Below the pieces are notes generated by a model, which did no database searches, was not told where the DNA came from, and was given only the letters and a program-made list of their open reading frames with translations. 64,000 bases of DNA from an uncultured delta proteobacterium (GTDB taxonomy: Bacteria > Myxococcota > UBA727 > VGSZ01): the NCBI GenBank assembly GCA_963775425.1, contig CAVZJB010000016.1, forward strand, positions 32,001 to 96,000, written 5' to 3'. Position numbers and translations under genes: made by a program. Shown here piece by piece: positions 43,097-54,055 of the stretch (the first letter of the stretch is position 1; each line of letters starts with the position of its first letter).

Positions 43097-44448
43097 TTCG
43101 GGTGGGACTTCAACCACTCGCGCACCTTGAAGTCGCCGTCGGCGCCGCCGAGGTCGAGGTACCGCTGCAGGTGGTAGCGCACCTTCTGCACCTCGTCCTC
43201 CCGGTTGAAGATGCGCGCGAGGGTGCGGTGCGGCTCGGGGTTGCCCGGGTCGAGCGTGAGGGACTCGGTGAGCTTCTGCTTGGCCGTGGCGAGGTGGTTG
43301 TCGCGGTAGAGCTGCTGGCCCTCCGCGGCCAGCACCCGCGCGCGACGCAGCCGCGCCGCCCGCGCCCCCGCCGCCTCCTGCCGCGCGAGGTCCCCGTCGC
43401 GCTTCTTCAACGCCGCGTCGACCTTGTCCTTGAGCGCGGCGCACGGCGCGCACCCCGGGGAGAGCTGCAGCGCGTCGGCGAGCTTCTTCTGTGCGGCGTC
43501 GAGCTCGCCCGCGCCGAGGAGCTGCGCGGCGGCCTTCGCCATGTCGACGGCGATCTCCGCCGGCGTCGGCGGTGGCGGCGGCGGCGGCGGCTTTTTGTGA
43601 AGCGGCTGCAGGAAGGGCAAACCGCCGCTCGGCACCTCGACCACCTCCTTGTACGGCTCGTAGTCGATCAGCGTCAGCTCCACGACGTGCGACCCGGTGC
43701 GCAGGCGCTTTTGCACCGGCGACGTCCCGAGGGTCTTCCCGTCGACGACGACCGTGGCGCCCGGGGGGACCGTCGTCACCGTGAGCACCGCCGTGGCCCG
43801 CGCCACGAACGCGATGCCGCCGACGAGCGCCACCACGCCGAACATCACGAGGAACGCGGCCTGGGTCGCGGACAGCGAACGCTTGGCTTTCTTTTGGGCG
43901 ACCTGCGTCCCCGCGCGCGTCCCCGCGTGGGTCTGCCGCGTCATGGAGGTGCGCGAGCCCTCGGCGAGGGCGCTGCGCTCCGCCCTCGACATCCGCGAGC
44001 GCGAGCGGCTGGCGCGCGACATCTCGCGGTCGGTGAGCTCCTCGTTCACCCGGCGGTCGGCGGGGTAGCGGCCGTCTTCCTCCTCGTCGCCGCCCTCCTC
44101 GGCCTCCTCCGCGATGCGGCTCGGGTCCTTCCGGCGCCGCCGGCCGCTGCGCTGCATGGTGCCCGTGGCCTCGCCGTCCTCCTCGAGGGGCTCCTCGGGC
44201 GGCGGGGTCTTGTCTTCGTCGTCGTCGCCGTCCTCGGCCCGCTTGGCGGCCTTCTTGGCCTCACGCTGGGCCTCGATGGCTTCGAGGTCGATCATCGACG
44301 TGCGGTCCGCGGGGGACGCCGGCACCGGCTCCTGGAGCAGCGGGTTGCCCGACAGCTCCGCGGGCAGATCCACCAGCTCCTCGCCGTCTTTGGGGCACGT
44401 CACGACGTCGTCGGCGTACCGCTCCTGGCAATCGGGGCAAATCTTCAT
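43093..44448 (-). CDS. Zn-ribbon / TM / PEGA / TPR membrane protein
   Basis: MKICPDC...CPKDG, acidic and Arg/Ser-rich linker, TM helix, PEGA (TTVPPGATVVVDGKTLGTSPV), poly-Pro and TPR end. Stop overlaps the recG ATG. Confidence 0.8.
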
Positions 44449-44478
44449 TCCCCGCAAGCATATCGGTAATCTCACGCG

Positions 44479-46263
<1,785 letters not shown>

Positions 46264-46278
46264 CGCGCGGGCGCGTGC

Positions 46279-46755
46279 CTATCGGAACAGGACCTTGACG
46301 ACCTCGCCCTTGCGAGGGCCCTTGGGTGAGCGGATCTCGATCTCCTCGCCTTCGGTCTTGCCGATGAGGGCGCGGGCGATGGGAGACGAGATGCCGATCT
46401 TCTTGAGCTCGAGGTTGGCCTCGTCGTCGCCGACGATGGTCCACACCTGCTCGCTGTCGCTGTCGTAGTCGATGATGGTGACGGTGGCGCCGAAGACGAC
46501 CTTGTCCCCCGAGAGCTTCGTCGTGTCGATGACGGTGGCGCGCGCGAGCCGCGCCTCCACCTGTGCGATGCGGCTCTCGATGAACGCCTGCTTCTCGCGG
46601 GCGGCGGCGTACTCGGCGTTCTCCGACAGGTCCCCGTGCGCCCTCGCCTCGGCGACCTGCGTAATGATCGCCGGACGCTCGACGCCCTTGAGGCGCTGAA
46701 GCTCTTCCTTGAGGGCCTTGTGGCCCTCGACGGTCATCGGGAACGTGTCGCTCAT
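46279..46755 (-). CDS. greA: transcription elongation factor GreA
   Basis: EARAHGDLSENAEY, VVFGATV, ISSPIARALIGK. Confidence 0.97.
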   Translation of the reverse strand: MSDTFPMTVEGHKALKEELQRLKGVERPAIITQVAEARAHGDLSENAEYAAAREKQAFIESRIAQVEARLARATVIDTTKLSGDKVVFGATVTIIDYDSDSEQVWTIVGDDEANLELKKIGISSPIARALIGKTEGEEIEIRSPKGPRKGEVVKVLFR

Positions 46756-46807
46756 GCCCGCACGCTAACCGCGTGCGCCGCACGCCTCAAGAGCCTAAGC
46801 TTTTGCC

Positions 46808-47518
46808 ATGGTCTCCTCGCGCTTGCGCCTCGGTGGGTGGCGCTCACCCGTGGTCCTCGTCGTCATCGGGCTCCTCGTGGTCTCGTACGTCGTCGTCGGC
46901 ATCTTGCTGAACGTCTCCGGCGGCGGAAACGACGTCTTCGCCTTGCTCGCGCTCGACCCTGACGCGGTGCTCCACCACGGCCAGGTGTGGCGGCTGTTGA
47001 GCTACGGCCTCCTGCATGACCCGTCGAACCCGTTCCACGTGTTGATGAACGCGCTGATGCTGTTCTTCTTCGGCCGCGACCTCGAGCGCCGCTACGGCCC
47101 CGCGCGCTTCGTCGCGTTCCTCGTCGGCGCCGTGCTCGCGGGCGGCGTCGCGGTCACCGCCGTGTCGCCTTTCTTCCACCACGGCGCGATCGGCTTCTCC
47201 GGCGCCGTCGAGGCGTGCACCGTGGTCTGGGCGCTGCAGAACAGGAACGCCCAGGTGCTCTTGTTCTTCGCAGTGCCCATGCGCGGCATCCACATGCTGT
47301 GGCTCGCGGTGGCGATGTGGCTCTTCGACGCCGTGAGCGTCTCCAACGTCTCGGCCGCCGCGCACTTCGGCGGCATCGTGTTCGGCCTCGCGGTCTATTT
47401 CGCCACCGCGCGCAGAAACCGCATCTCGCTGTTCGTCGACGACCTGCTCGTGAAGCTGCACCTGAAGAAGCGCCCGCGCCTCACGGTGGTGCCCAAGAAC
47501 GATCGCTGGGTGAACTGA
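46808..47518 (+). CDS. rhomboid family intramembrane serine protease
   Basis: WRLLSYGLLH, HVLMN, GFSG (catalytic Ser), AHFGG (catalytic His), multiple TMs. Confidence 0.9.
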   Translation: MVSSRLRLGGWRSPVVLVVIGLLVVSYVVVGILLNVSGGGNDVFALLALDPDAVLHHGQVWRLLSYGLLHDPSNPFHVLMNALMLFFFGRDLERRYGPARFVAFLVGAVLAGGVAVTAVSPFFHHGAIGFSGAVEACTVVWALQNRNAQVLLFFAVPMRGIHMLWLAVAMWLFDAVSVSNVSAAAHFGGIVFGLAVYFATARRNRISLFVDDLLVKLHLKKRPRLTVVPKNDRWVN

Positions 47519-47549
47519 TCAGCGACCGGAGGGAGGCGGCCGCGCTTGA

Positions 47550-48191
47550 TCAGAACGTGTTCGACGCCGGCGCCGGCCGGACCTCGGGCGGGTCTTCCTG
47601 CGTCAGCGTCGTCGTGCCGCCCTCCAGGAGCGTGGTCGAGGGATCGAAGAAGAACGACGGGTCCCCGTAGTACGGGTCGACGATGGCGAGGTTCGGGTCC
47701 ACGGTCATCTCCACCGAGGTGTTCGACTCGGTGGCCTCGGCGCCCGCGCAGTTGACGGCGGCCTGCAGCAGGTCGTCCATCTTGCGCTTGCTCACCTGGA
47801 TCTTGCGGAACTCGTAGCGCGAGCGCTCGGTGTCGTTGGCGGAGAGCGCCTCCTGCAGGGAGACGATGGCGTCCTCCGAGACGCGCAGGATGCCCTTCAT
47901 GGCGGTGACCTGCTCGTTGACGCAGGTGAGCTGCACGGCGTCCTTCTTTTCGCGGGCGTCCTTGAGCTCGTCGAGGCCCTTGCTGAGGCTCGCGCGCATG
48001 CTCTCGACGCTCTGCTGCGCGACGTCGAGGTACTTCTCCATGGGGACGGCGTTGGCCGGGTCCTCCTCGTCGCTGTCCTTCTTGAGGTCCTCGGCGCCCG
48101 CGGGCGCGTCGGCGGGCGCAGGCGGGGTCTCCTGGGCGAAGGCGAGGCCGGCGCCGAGGAGCAGGATGAGGGCGAGGGGACGCGGGAGCAT
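47550..48191 (-). CDS. exported hypothetical protein (helical, two cysteines)
   Basis: Signal peptide ending AFA|QE. KDAVQLTCVNEQ and AAVNCAG resemble a myxobacterial conserved hypothetical pattern. Confidence 0.65.
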   Translation of the reverse strand: MLPRPLALILLLGAGLAFAQETPPAPADAPAGAEDLKKDSDEEDPANAVPMEKYLDVAQQSVESMRASLSKGLDELKDAREKKDAVQLTCVNEQVTAMKGILRVSEDAIVSLQEALSANDTERSRYEFRKIQVSKRKMDDLLQAAVNCAGAEATESNTSVEMTVDPNLAIVDPYYGDPSFFFDPSTTLLEGGTTTLTQEDPPEVRPAPASNTF

Positions 48192-48275
48192 CGGTTCAAC
48201 CTTGGCAAGGGGCCGGGGCCCGGTCAAGTCGATGATGGGTGCCGGACGCTGCGCTTTGTGTTCAATTGCCGCCGC

Positions 48276-48827
48276 ATGCGGATCGTCCTCGCCAGCGCGT
48301 CGCCCCGGCGGCTGCAGCTCCTTCAGGGCTGCGCCTTCGACGTCGAGGTGCGCGCGCCCGGCGTCGACGAGGCGAAGCTCCCCGGGGAGGCGCCGGCGGC
48401 GATGGTCCAGCGGCTGGCGCACGCGAAGGCCGGCGCCGTCGACGTCGACGACCGCGCCGTCGTGGTCGCCGCGGACACCACCGTCGTCCTCGACGGACGT
48501 GCGCTCGAAAAGCCCGACGGCGCCGCCGACGCGGTGTCCATGCTCACGCGGCTGTCGGGGCGCGCGCACGATGTGCTCACCGGGTTCTGCGTGCGGGGGC
48601 CGCGGGGCGAGCGGGTGGGCCTCGTTCGCACCGAGGTGCGCTTCCGCCCGCTGAGCGCCGCCGAGATCGAGGCCTACGTGGCCACCGGGGAGCCGCTCGA
48701 CAAGGCGGGCGCCTACGGCATCCAGGGCAGGGGCGGCGCCCTCGTCGACGCCGTCTTCGGCTCCTACCCGAACGTGGTGGGCCTGCCGGTGGCGGAGGTC
48801 GTCGCCGCCGTTCGCGAGGTCGCATGA
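48276..48827 (+). CDS. maf: Maf family nucleoside triphosphate pyrophosphatase
   Basis: IVLASASPRR, AADTTV, LEKP, EPLDKAGAYGIQG, NVVGLP. Confidence 0.93.
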   Translation: MRIVLASASPRRLQLLQGCAFDVEVRAPGVDEAKLPGEAPAAMVQRLAHAKAGAVDVDDRAVVVAADTTVVLDGRALEKPDGAADAVSMLTRLSGRAHDVLTGFCVRGPRGERVGLVRTEVRFRPLSAAEIEAYVATGEPLDKAGAYGIQGRGGALVDAVFGSYPNVVGLPVAEVVAAVREVA

Positions 48828-49507
48828 GCACCCCCCCCGAAGACGTCGCCCACCGCCTCGCCGGTGTCCGCGCCGCCCTCGCCGACGCCTGCCGCGCCGC
48901 CGGACGACCGGCCGGGAGCGTGCGCCTGGTGGCCGCGAGCAAGGGCCAGCCCGCGGCCGCGATTCGGGCGGCGGCGGCGGCGGGCCAGCGGCTCTTCGGC
49001 GAAAACTACGCGCGAGAGATGCGAGATAAGCGCACAGAGTTGGCGGGTTACACCAAAGACCTCGAGTGGCACTTCATCGGCCGCGTGCAGTCCGGCAACG
49101 CCAAAGAGATCGCAGGTGCCGCCCTCGTGCATGGGGTGGGCTCGCGCTCCCAATTGGAGGCGCTGGCGCGCCACGGCCCCGTGGCCGCGCTCCTGCAGGT
49201 CTCCCTGTGGGGGGAGGCATCCAAAAATGGTTTCATGGAAGCCGAGTTGGAGCGCGATCTTGAGGGGTTGCTCGAGGTGGACGGCGCCGCGGTTCGAGGC
49301 TTCATGGCGATGCCCCCGCCGGGCGTGGCCGCGCGGGAGGCCTTCGCCGCGGTCCGCGCGCTCCGGGACAGGCTCGCGCCGCAGCTCCCGGAGCTGTCCA
49401 TGGGCATGAGCGGCGACTACCGCGAGGCCGCCCTCGAGGGGGCCACGCTCGTTCGCGTGGGCACGGCGATCTTCGGGCCCCGGCCCGCCAAGAAGGAGTC
49501 CGCATGA
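48824..49507 (+). CDS. yggS: YggS family PLP homeostasis protein
   Basis: LVAASK (PLP Lys), FGENY, WHFIGRVQ, LSMGMSGDY, VRVGTAIFG. Confidence 0.93.
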   Translation: MSTPPEDVAHRLAGVRAALADACRAAGRPAGSVRLVAASKGQPAAAIRAAAAAGQRLFGENYAREMRDKRTELAGYTKDLEWHFIGRVQSGNAKEIAGAALVHGVGSRSQLEALARHGPVAALLQVSLWGEASKNGFMEAELERDLEGLLEVDGAAVRGFMAMPPPGVAAREAFAAVRALRDRLAPQLPELSMGMSGDYREAALEGATLVRVGTAIFGPRPAKKESA

Positions 49508-50280
49508 AGGTGGCCATCCTCGGCGTCGGCGGGCTCGGCTCGGCCATGGCGGCCGGCCTCGCGCGGCAGGGCATCGCGCTGGCGCTCGCCGACCGGCATC
49601 CGGACAAGCTCGAGCCGTTTTCGGCCACCGCGGAGATCTACGCGGACCCCGCCGCCGCGGCCGCCGCCGCCGACGTCGTCGTCCTCGCGGTCAAGCCCAA
49701 GGCCACCGCCGCGCTGGCGCGCTCCCTGACCCTCGGCCCCGACGCCGTCCTCGTGTCGTGCGCCGCCGGCATCCCGACGGCGAGCCTGCCGGGGGCGGCG
49801 GCGCGGGCGATGCCGAGCATCGGAGCGGCCGTGGGCGCGTCGACCACCGCGGTGTTCCTCTCGGAGCGCTGCGTGCCCGCGCGGGACCTGCCGCGCATCC
49901 TCGAGGTCTTCGGCGCGCTCGGCCCCGTGCGCGAGGTGTTCGACGAAAAGCACCTGCACGCGGCCACGGCGGTGGCGGCCTCGGCGCCGGCGTGGCTGCT
50001 CGTGGCCGTCGAAGCCCTCGTCGACGGCGGGGTCGAGGCCGGGCTGCCCCGCGCCGACGCGCTCGCGTTCGCCCGCGGCGCGCTCGAGGCGGCCGCCGCG
50101 CGGCTCGAGGAGGGCGCGGAGCCACAGGCGCTGCGGGCGCTGGTGACGTCGCCGGCGGGGACCACCGCCGCGGGGCACGCCGCCCTCGAGCGGGCCGGCG
50201 TGCGCGCGGCGTTCCAGGAGGCCGTGCGCGCCGCCGTGGCGCGCAGCCAGGAACTCGCGGGCGGATCCGGGCGGGCATAA
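49504..50280 (+). CDS. proC: pyrroline-5-carboxylate reductase
   Basis: GVGGLG Rossmann motif, LAVKP, RAMP, VTSPAGTT, and position after yggS. Confidence 0.88.
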   Translation: MKVAILGVGGLGSAMAAGLARQGIALALADRHPDKLEPFSATAEIYADPAAAAAAADVVVLAVKPKATAALARSLTLGPDAVLVSCAAGIPTASLPGAAARAMPSIGAAVGASTTAVFLSERCVPARDLPRILEVFGALGPVREVFDEKHLHAATAVAASAPAWLLVAVEALVDGGVEAGLPRADALAFARGALEAAAARLEEGAEPQALRALVTSPAGTTAAGHAALERAGVRAAFQEAVRAAVARSQELAGGSGRA

Positions 50281-50289
50281 GATGCCCAC

Positions 50290-50865
50290 ATGCCCATCAC
50301 GCCCCTGGACATCCAGCAGCAGCGCTTCCGCACCCGCTTCGGCGGCGGGCTCGACAAGGTCGAGGTCGACGCGTTCTTGAACGCCGTCGCCGCCGAGGTC
50401 GAGCGGCTCATCCGCGAAAACAACGAGCTCAGGGAGGAGGAGCGCACCCTGAAGCGCCTCCTCGACGACCACCGCGCGCGCGAAGAGGCCCTCAAGGAGA
50501 CGATGATCACCGCGCAGCGGGTCACCGACGAGATCAAGAAGGGCGCCGAGAAGGAGGCCGACATCATCATCGGTCGCGCCGAGCTCGAGGCCGAGCGCAT
50601 CCAGGAGCAGGCGGTGCAGCGCAGGAGCGACCTGCTGCTCGAGATCGCCGAGCTCAAGCGGCAACGCGCGCAGTTCATGGCGCAGCTCCGCGGCGTGCTG
50701 AATACGCACCACAAGCTCCTCGACGTCAGCGAGGAGGAAAACGCCCGCGGCGTCGAGGAGAACCTCGCCGTGATGCGCCGGACCCCGGCGCGCCCGGCCC
50801 CGGTGAGCACGCTGCCCGCCGGCACCCCCGGCGCCGAGGACCCCACCCGCGCGCGCAACGGGTAG
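50290..50865 (+). CDS. divIVA: DivIVA domain protein
   Basis: ITPLDIQQQRF..GLDKVEVDAFL N-terminal motif followed by coiled coils. Confidence 0.9.
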   Translation: MPITPLDIQQQRFRTRFGGGLDKVEVDAFLNAVAAEVERLIRENNELREEERTLKRLLDDHRAREEALKETMITAQRVTDEIKKGAEKEADIIIGRAELEAERIQEQAVQRRSDLLLEIAELKRQRAQFMAQLRGVLNTHHKLLDVSEEENARGVEENLAVMRRTPARPAPVSTLPAGTPGAEDPTRARNG

Positions 50866-50880
50866 GCGTTCGCCCTCCCC

Positions 50881-51141
50881 GTGAGCGTGCGCGTCGCCGT
50901 CAGCGTGAAGCCGCGCTCGAAGAAGGAGGGCGTCGAGGTCTCCGCCGCCGGCGTCGTCGTGCGCGTGCGCGCCCCTCCCGTCGAGGGCGCGGCCAACGAG
51001 CGCGTGCTCGAGGTGGTGGCGGACAAGCTCGGCGTCAGAAAGAGCGCCGTGCGCATCTTTTCGGGCGAGACCAGCCGCCACAAGGTGCTCGAGATCGACG
51101 CCGACGACCTCGAGGACGTGAAGGCGCGCCTCGCGCGCTGA
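50881..51141 (+). CDS. DUF167 (YggU/UPF0235) family protein
   Basis: VKPRSKK, APPVEGAAN, SGETSRHK, and conserved yggS-proC-divIVA context. Confidence 0.88.
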   Translation: MSVRVAVSVKPRSKKEGVEVSAAGVVVRVRAPPVEGAANERVLEVVADKLGVRKSAVRIFSGETSRHKVLEIDADDLEDVKARLAR

Positions 51142-51145
51142 CGCC

Positions 51146-52603
51146 TCAGCGGCGCACGGCTGCGATGCCCGGCACGGGGCGGCCCGCGAACGGCAGGAGG
51201 CGGCCGGCCTCGTCGACGACGGGGTCGCCGAAGTCCGCGAACGACAGCGCGCGGATGGTGGCGACGGCGGCGGCGCCGTCGTCGGCGTGGGGGACGCCGC
51301 GGCCGTCGAGGTAGATCGGGTGGAGCACCAGGCCGACGAGGCGGCCGTCGGCGGCGACGGTGGCGTCGAGGACGACGCTCTCGCCGTCGGGGCCGTGGAC
51401 GTCGAAGGTCTTCCACGAGCACGCGTTGCCGAGGCTGTAGGCGATGAGCCGCCCGCGGCGGACCTCGAGCGCGCGCAGGACGTGCGGACCGCTGCCGAGG
51501 ACGAGGTCGGCGCCGGCGTCGACGACGGCGTGGGCGAAGGTGACGACGTCGCCGCGGGGCTCGCCGTGGAAGACCTCCTCCCCCGCGGCCGGCGGCACGT
51601 GGCGCGCCGACGGCCCTTCGGCGCCGGCGTGGAAGGCGACGACGACGACGTCGCTGCGCGCCTTGAGCCACGCGACGACGCGCGCGGCGAGCCGCGGGTC
51701 GCGCACCGACAGCGACGACGCGTAGGTCGAAAAGCCCACCACGGACACCCGCAGGCCTCGGCGCACCAGGCGCACGGCGCGGGCGGCGCCGGCGGCGGCG
51801 ATGCCCGCGTCGTCGAGGGCGGCGACGGTGGAGGCGAGCCCGGCGAAGCCGAAGTCGAGGGCGTGGTTGTTCTCGACGGAGACGACGTCGAGGCCGGCGG
51901 CCTTGAGCGCGGGCGCGAGGCGGGTGGGCGCGCGGAACGCGGCGCAGACGTCCTCGTCGAGGGACGCGCACTTCTTGCTCTCGCCCTCGTCGGCGAGGGC
52001 GGTCTCGAGGTTGCCGAAGCCGATGTCGGCGGCCTTCAGGGCGCCGCCGGCGTCGTCGAAGGAGCCGCGGCCGTCGTCGGGCGGGACGACGCCGTCGTCG
52101 CCGCGCCCGAGGTGGACGTCGCCGACGGCGGCGATGCGCAGCGTGGGCGCTGCTCGCGGGCCGGTGCCCGTCGGCGCCGGCGCCTGCGCCGCCGGGGCCG
52201 GCGGCGGCGCCGCACGGAGCAATCGCCAGGTCTGCAGGCGGCCCTTGCGCAGGAGGAACGTGTAGCGGCCGCGGTCGCCGGCGGGCAGGGCGGGGACGAG
52301 CGCGCCGAGCTCGTCCCACGCGGCGAACGCGCCGTCGACGTCGCCGGCGGCGAGGCGCGCGAGGGCGACGCCGAACGCGGCGCGGGCGCACCTCGGGTCG
52401 GCGGCGTGCGCGGCGGTCCACGCGGTGAGCCCGGGGCGCTTCCCGGCGATCGGCGACCGGAGGGAGCGGCCGCGCGTGATCGCGCGCTCGGCCTCGGCGT
52501 TGCAGCGGGGCGTCAACGGCTGCGACGCCGCGGTGAGCGGCTCGGCGTCCTCCGGGGGGCCCGCCCCGGCGAGGAGCTGCACGAGGACGACAAGCGCGAC
52601 CAC
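51146..52603 (-). CDS. CapA/PgsA-family metallophosphoesterase-fold exported protein with extra N-terminal domain
   Basis: AAVGDVHL, GNLET, ENNHALDFG, FHAGAE, GSGPHV, AYSLGN, plus a signal peptide. Confidence 0.85.
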   Translation of the reverse strand: MVALVVLVQLLAGAGPPEDAEPLTAASQPLTPRCNAEAERAITRGRSLRSPIAGKRPGLTAWTAAHAADPRCARAAFGVALARLAAGDVDGAFAAWDELGALVPALPAGDRGRYTFLLRKGRLQTWRLLRAAPPPAPAAQAPAPTGTGPRAAPTLRIAAVGDVHLGRGDDGVVPPDDGRGSFDDAGGALKAADIGFGNLETALADEGESKKCASLDEDVCAAFRAPTRLAPALKAAGLDVVSVENNHALDFGFAGLASTVAALDDAGIAAAGAARAVRLVRRGLRVSVVGFSTYASSLSVRDPRLAARVVAWLKARSDVVVVAFHAGAEGPSARHVPPAAGEEVFHGEPRGDVVTFAHAVVDAGADLVLGSGPHVLRALEVRRGRLIAYSLGNACSWKTFDVHGPDGESVVLDATVAADGRLVGLVLHPIYLDGRGVPHADDGAAAVATIRALSFADFGDPVVDEAGRLLPFAGRPVPGIAAVRR

Positions 52604-52630
52604 GGGCGAACGCTACCCCGCCGGCGCTCG

Positions 52631-52677
52631 CGTGACGACGTGGGGCGCCGGGAGGGCCCGCGCCTCACGTCGTCACG
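52631..52677. terminator. 18-bp GC-rich inverted repeat (possible terminator hairpin)
   Basis: cgtgacgacgtggggcgc ... gcgcctcacgtcgtcacg, 17/18 matched with an 11-nt loop. Lies ~54 nt downstream of the abiEii-like stop, with no U-tract. Confidence 0.4.
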
Positions 52678-52730
52678 TCGGTGGAGCGCGCCTTGTCGTG
52701 GAGCGGCCGCGGTGCCTCGCGTCGAGGTCG

Positions 52731-53456
52731 TCAGCGGGGGCGCTTCGGCCTGGGCGCGAGCTGGCGGATGTGCTTCCACAGGACCGCCGGGGGCACGGGG
52801 ACGAGGCCCGGCGGCGGCGTCACCATCTGCAGGGCGCGCATGCACGCGTCGAGGCGCCCGGGGCGGCGCCGCAGGGCGTCGATCGCCTTGCCGAGGTCGC
52901 GCTCGATGCTGGCGCCGTACGCGCCGGCGGCCTTGTCGATCGCGCGCCGCAACGTGTCTTTGTCGACGTTCATCATGGCGAGGTCGATCAGGTCGCGGCT
53001 GTGCACGCTGTCGTCGGCCCAGCGGTCCGAGAGCGCGAGCAGCTTGCTCGCCGCCATGTCGAGGGCGGTGAGCGTGGCCACCCCGCAGATGCGATCCTCG
53101 GGCGGCGCGAGGGAGATGCGGCCCTCGAGGACAATCTCGAGCTTGACCTCGGCGCCGCGCACCGCGAGCAGCGTGCGAACGCCGTACTGGTCCGCGCGCA
53201 CCTCGCGCGCCTGCGTCAGCGACGCCTTCGGCCGCGCCAGCGCGCGCACGCCGCCGGCGACCACGCGCTGGCGGAGCGCGCGGTAGCCGGCGACCTCGGA
53301 GACGAGGAAGTCGATGTCGAGCGACTCGCGGTACTCGCCGTACCGGAGCGCGATGGCCGTCCCCCCGCCGAAGAGGCACGCGTTGTCCTCGAGGATCTGC
53401 GCGTCGAGCGCCTCGAGCACGGTCGCGATCCGGCGGTGGTGCTCGCGCTCAAACAA
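52731..53456 (-). CDS. AbiEii/AbiGii-family nucleotidyltransferase toxin
   Basis: FGGGTAIALRYGEYRESLDIDF (GGT..RxSxDxD), ASKLLA, RDLIDL. TTG start overlaps the antitoxin end. Confidence 0.85.
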   Translation of the reverse strand: MFEREHHRRIATVLEALDAQILEDNACLFGGGTAIALRYGEYRESLDIDFLVSEVAGYRALRQRVVAGGVRALARPKASLTQAREVRADQYGVRTLLAVRGAEVKLEIVLEGRISLAPPEDRICGVATLTALDMAASKLLALSDRWADDSVHSRDLIDLAMMNVDKDTLRRAIDKAAGAYGASIERDLGKAIDALRRRPGRLDACMRALQMVTPPPGLVPVPPAVLWKHIRQLAPRPKRPR

Positions 53457-53919
53457 GGAGCCGCGCCCCCCCGAGCCCCTCGACGAGGCGCCGGATCAGC
53501 GCGCGCTCGGCGTCGCTCAGCCGCGCCTGGTCGACGTGGCGCCAGTTCCTCTCGTAGACGGACAGCGCCTCCCGCGGCGTGAGCGAGCTCGCGTCACCGA
53601 GCTGCCAGGAGAGGCGCTTGAGCTCCGGGTACGCCGCGAGCGCGACGCGCCGGGGGAGCTTGGCCTTCGGCTTCGGCGCGCGCGCGTCGACGAGCTCGAG
53701 CTCGAGCCCCAGCGCCGCCACCGCGTTCATGTACGCGCCCATCGTCACCGAGGGCTCCCCGCGCTCGACGCGGTGGAGCGTCATCCGGGACATGCCCGCC
53801 GCCTCCGCCGCCTCCGTCGCCGTCACCGCGAGCGCCTTGCGCCGCGCGCGCAGGCGGGCGCCGATGGCGGCGAGCTTCTCCGCCGCGGTCGGGCCGGTCG
53901 GGGGCGCGGGCGCAGGCAT
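53449..53919 (-). CDS. XRE-family HTH protein, putative antitoxin
   Basis: IGARLRARRKAL..AEAAGMSRMTLHRVERGEPSV HTH, C-terminal YPELKRLSWQ..YERNWRHVD, translationally coupled to the toxin. Confidence 0.85.
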   Translation of the reverse strand: MPAPAPPTGPTAAEKLAAIGARLRARRKALAVTATEAAEAAGMSRMTLHRVERGEPSVTMGAYMNAVAALGLELELVDARAPKPKAKLPRRVALAAYPELKRLSWQLGDASSLTPREALSVYERNWRHVDQARLSDAERALIRRLVEGLGGARLLV

Positions 53920-53967
53920 GTATCTCATTTTAGTCATTTCATTGATTTTGTCTACTATGAGATACGT
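53918..53967 (-). promoter_or_regulatory. sigma70-type promoter with overlapping inverted-repeat operator of the TA operon
   Basis: Minus strand TAGACA (53954-53949), N16, TAAAAT (53932-53927), N7, ATG. Perfect 9-bp inverted repeat GTATCTCAT (53920-53928) / ATGAGATAC (53957-53965), extending to 13/16 bp. Confidence 0.7.
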
Positions 53968-54055
53968 CCTGAGGCGCCGCCGCAGCCCCCCGGCCCGCGA
54001 CGCCGGCGGCGTACGTCCGCTTGTCCATTCGCTATGTCGTGACCACGGTGCCCTG

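Noticed and set aside
51146-52603. Poly-gamma-glutamate capsule locus
   Set aside because: Only a stand-alone CapA-domain gene is present, with no capB/capC. Such orphans are widespread.
52600-54050. TA cassette as an IS/transposon or prophage remnant
   Set aside because: No transposase, integrase, terminal repeats or target-site duplication could be found.
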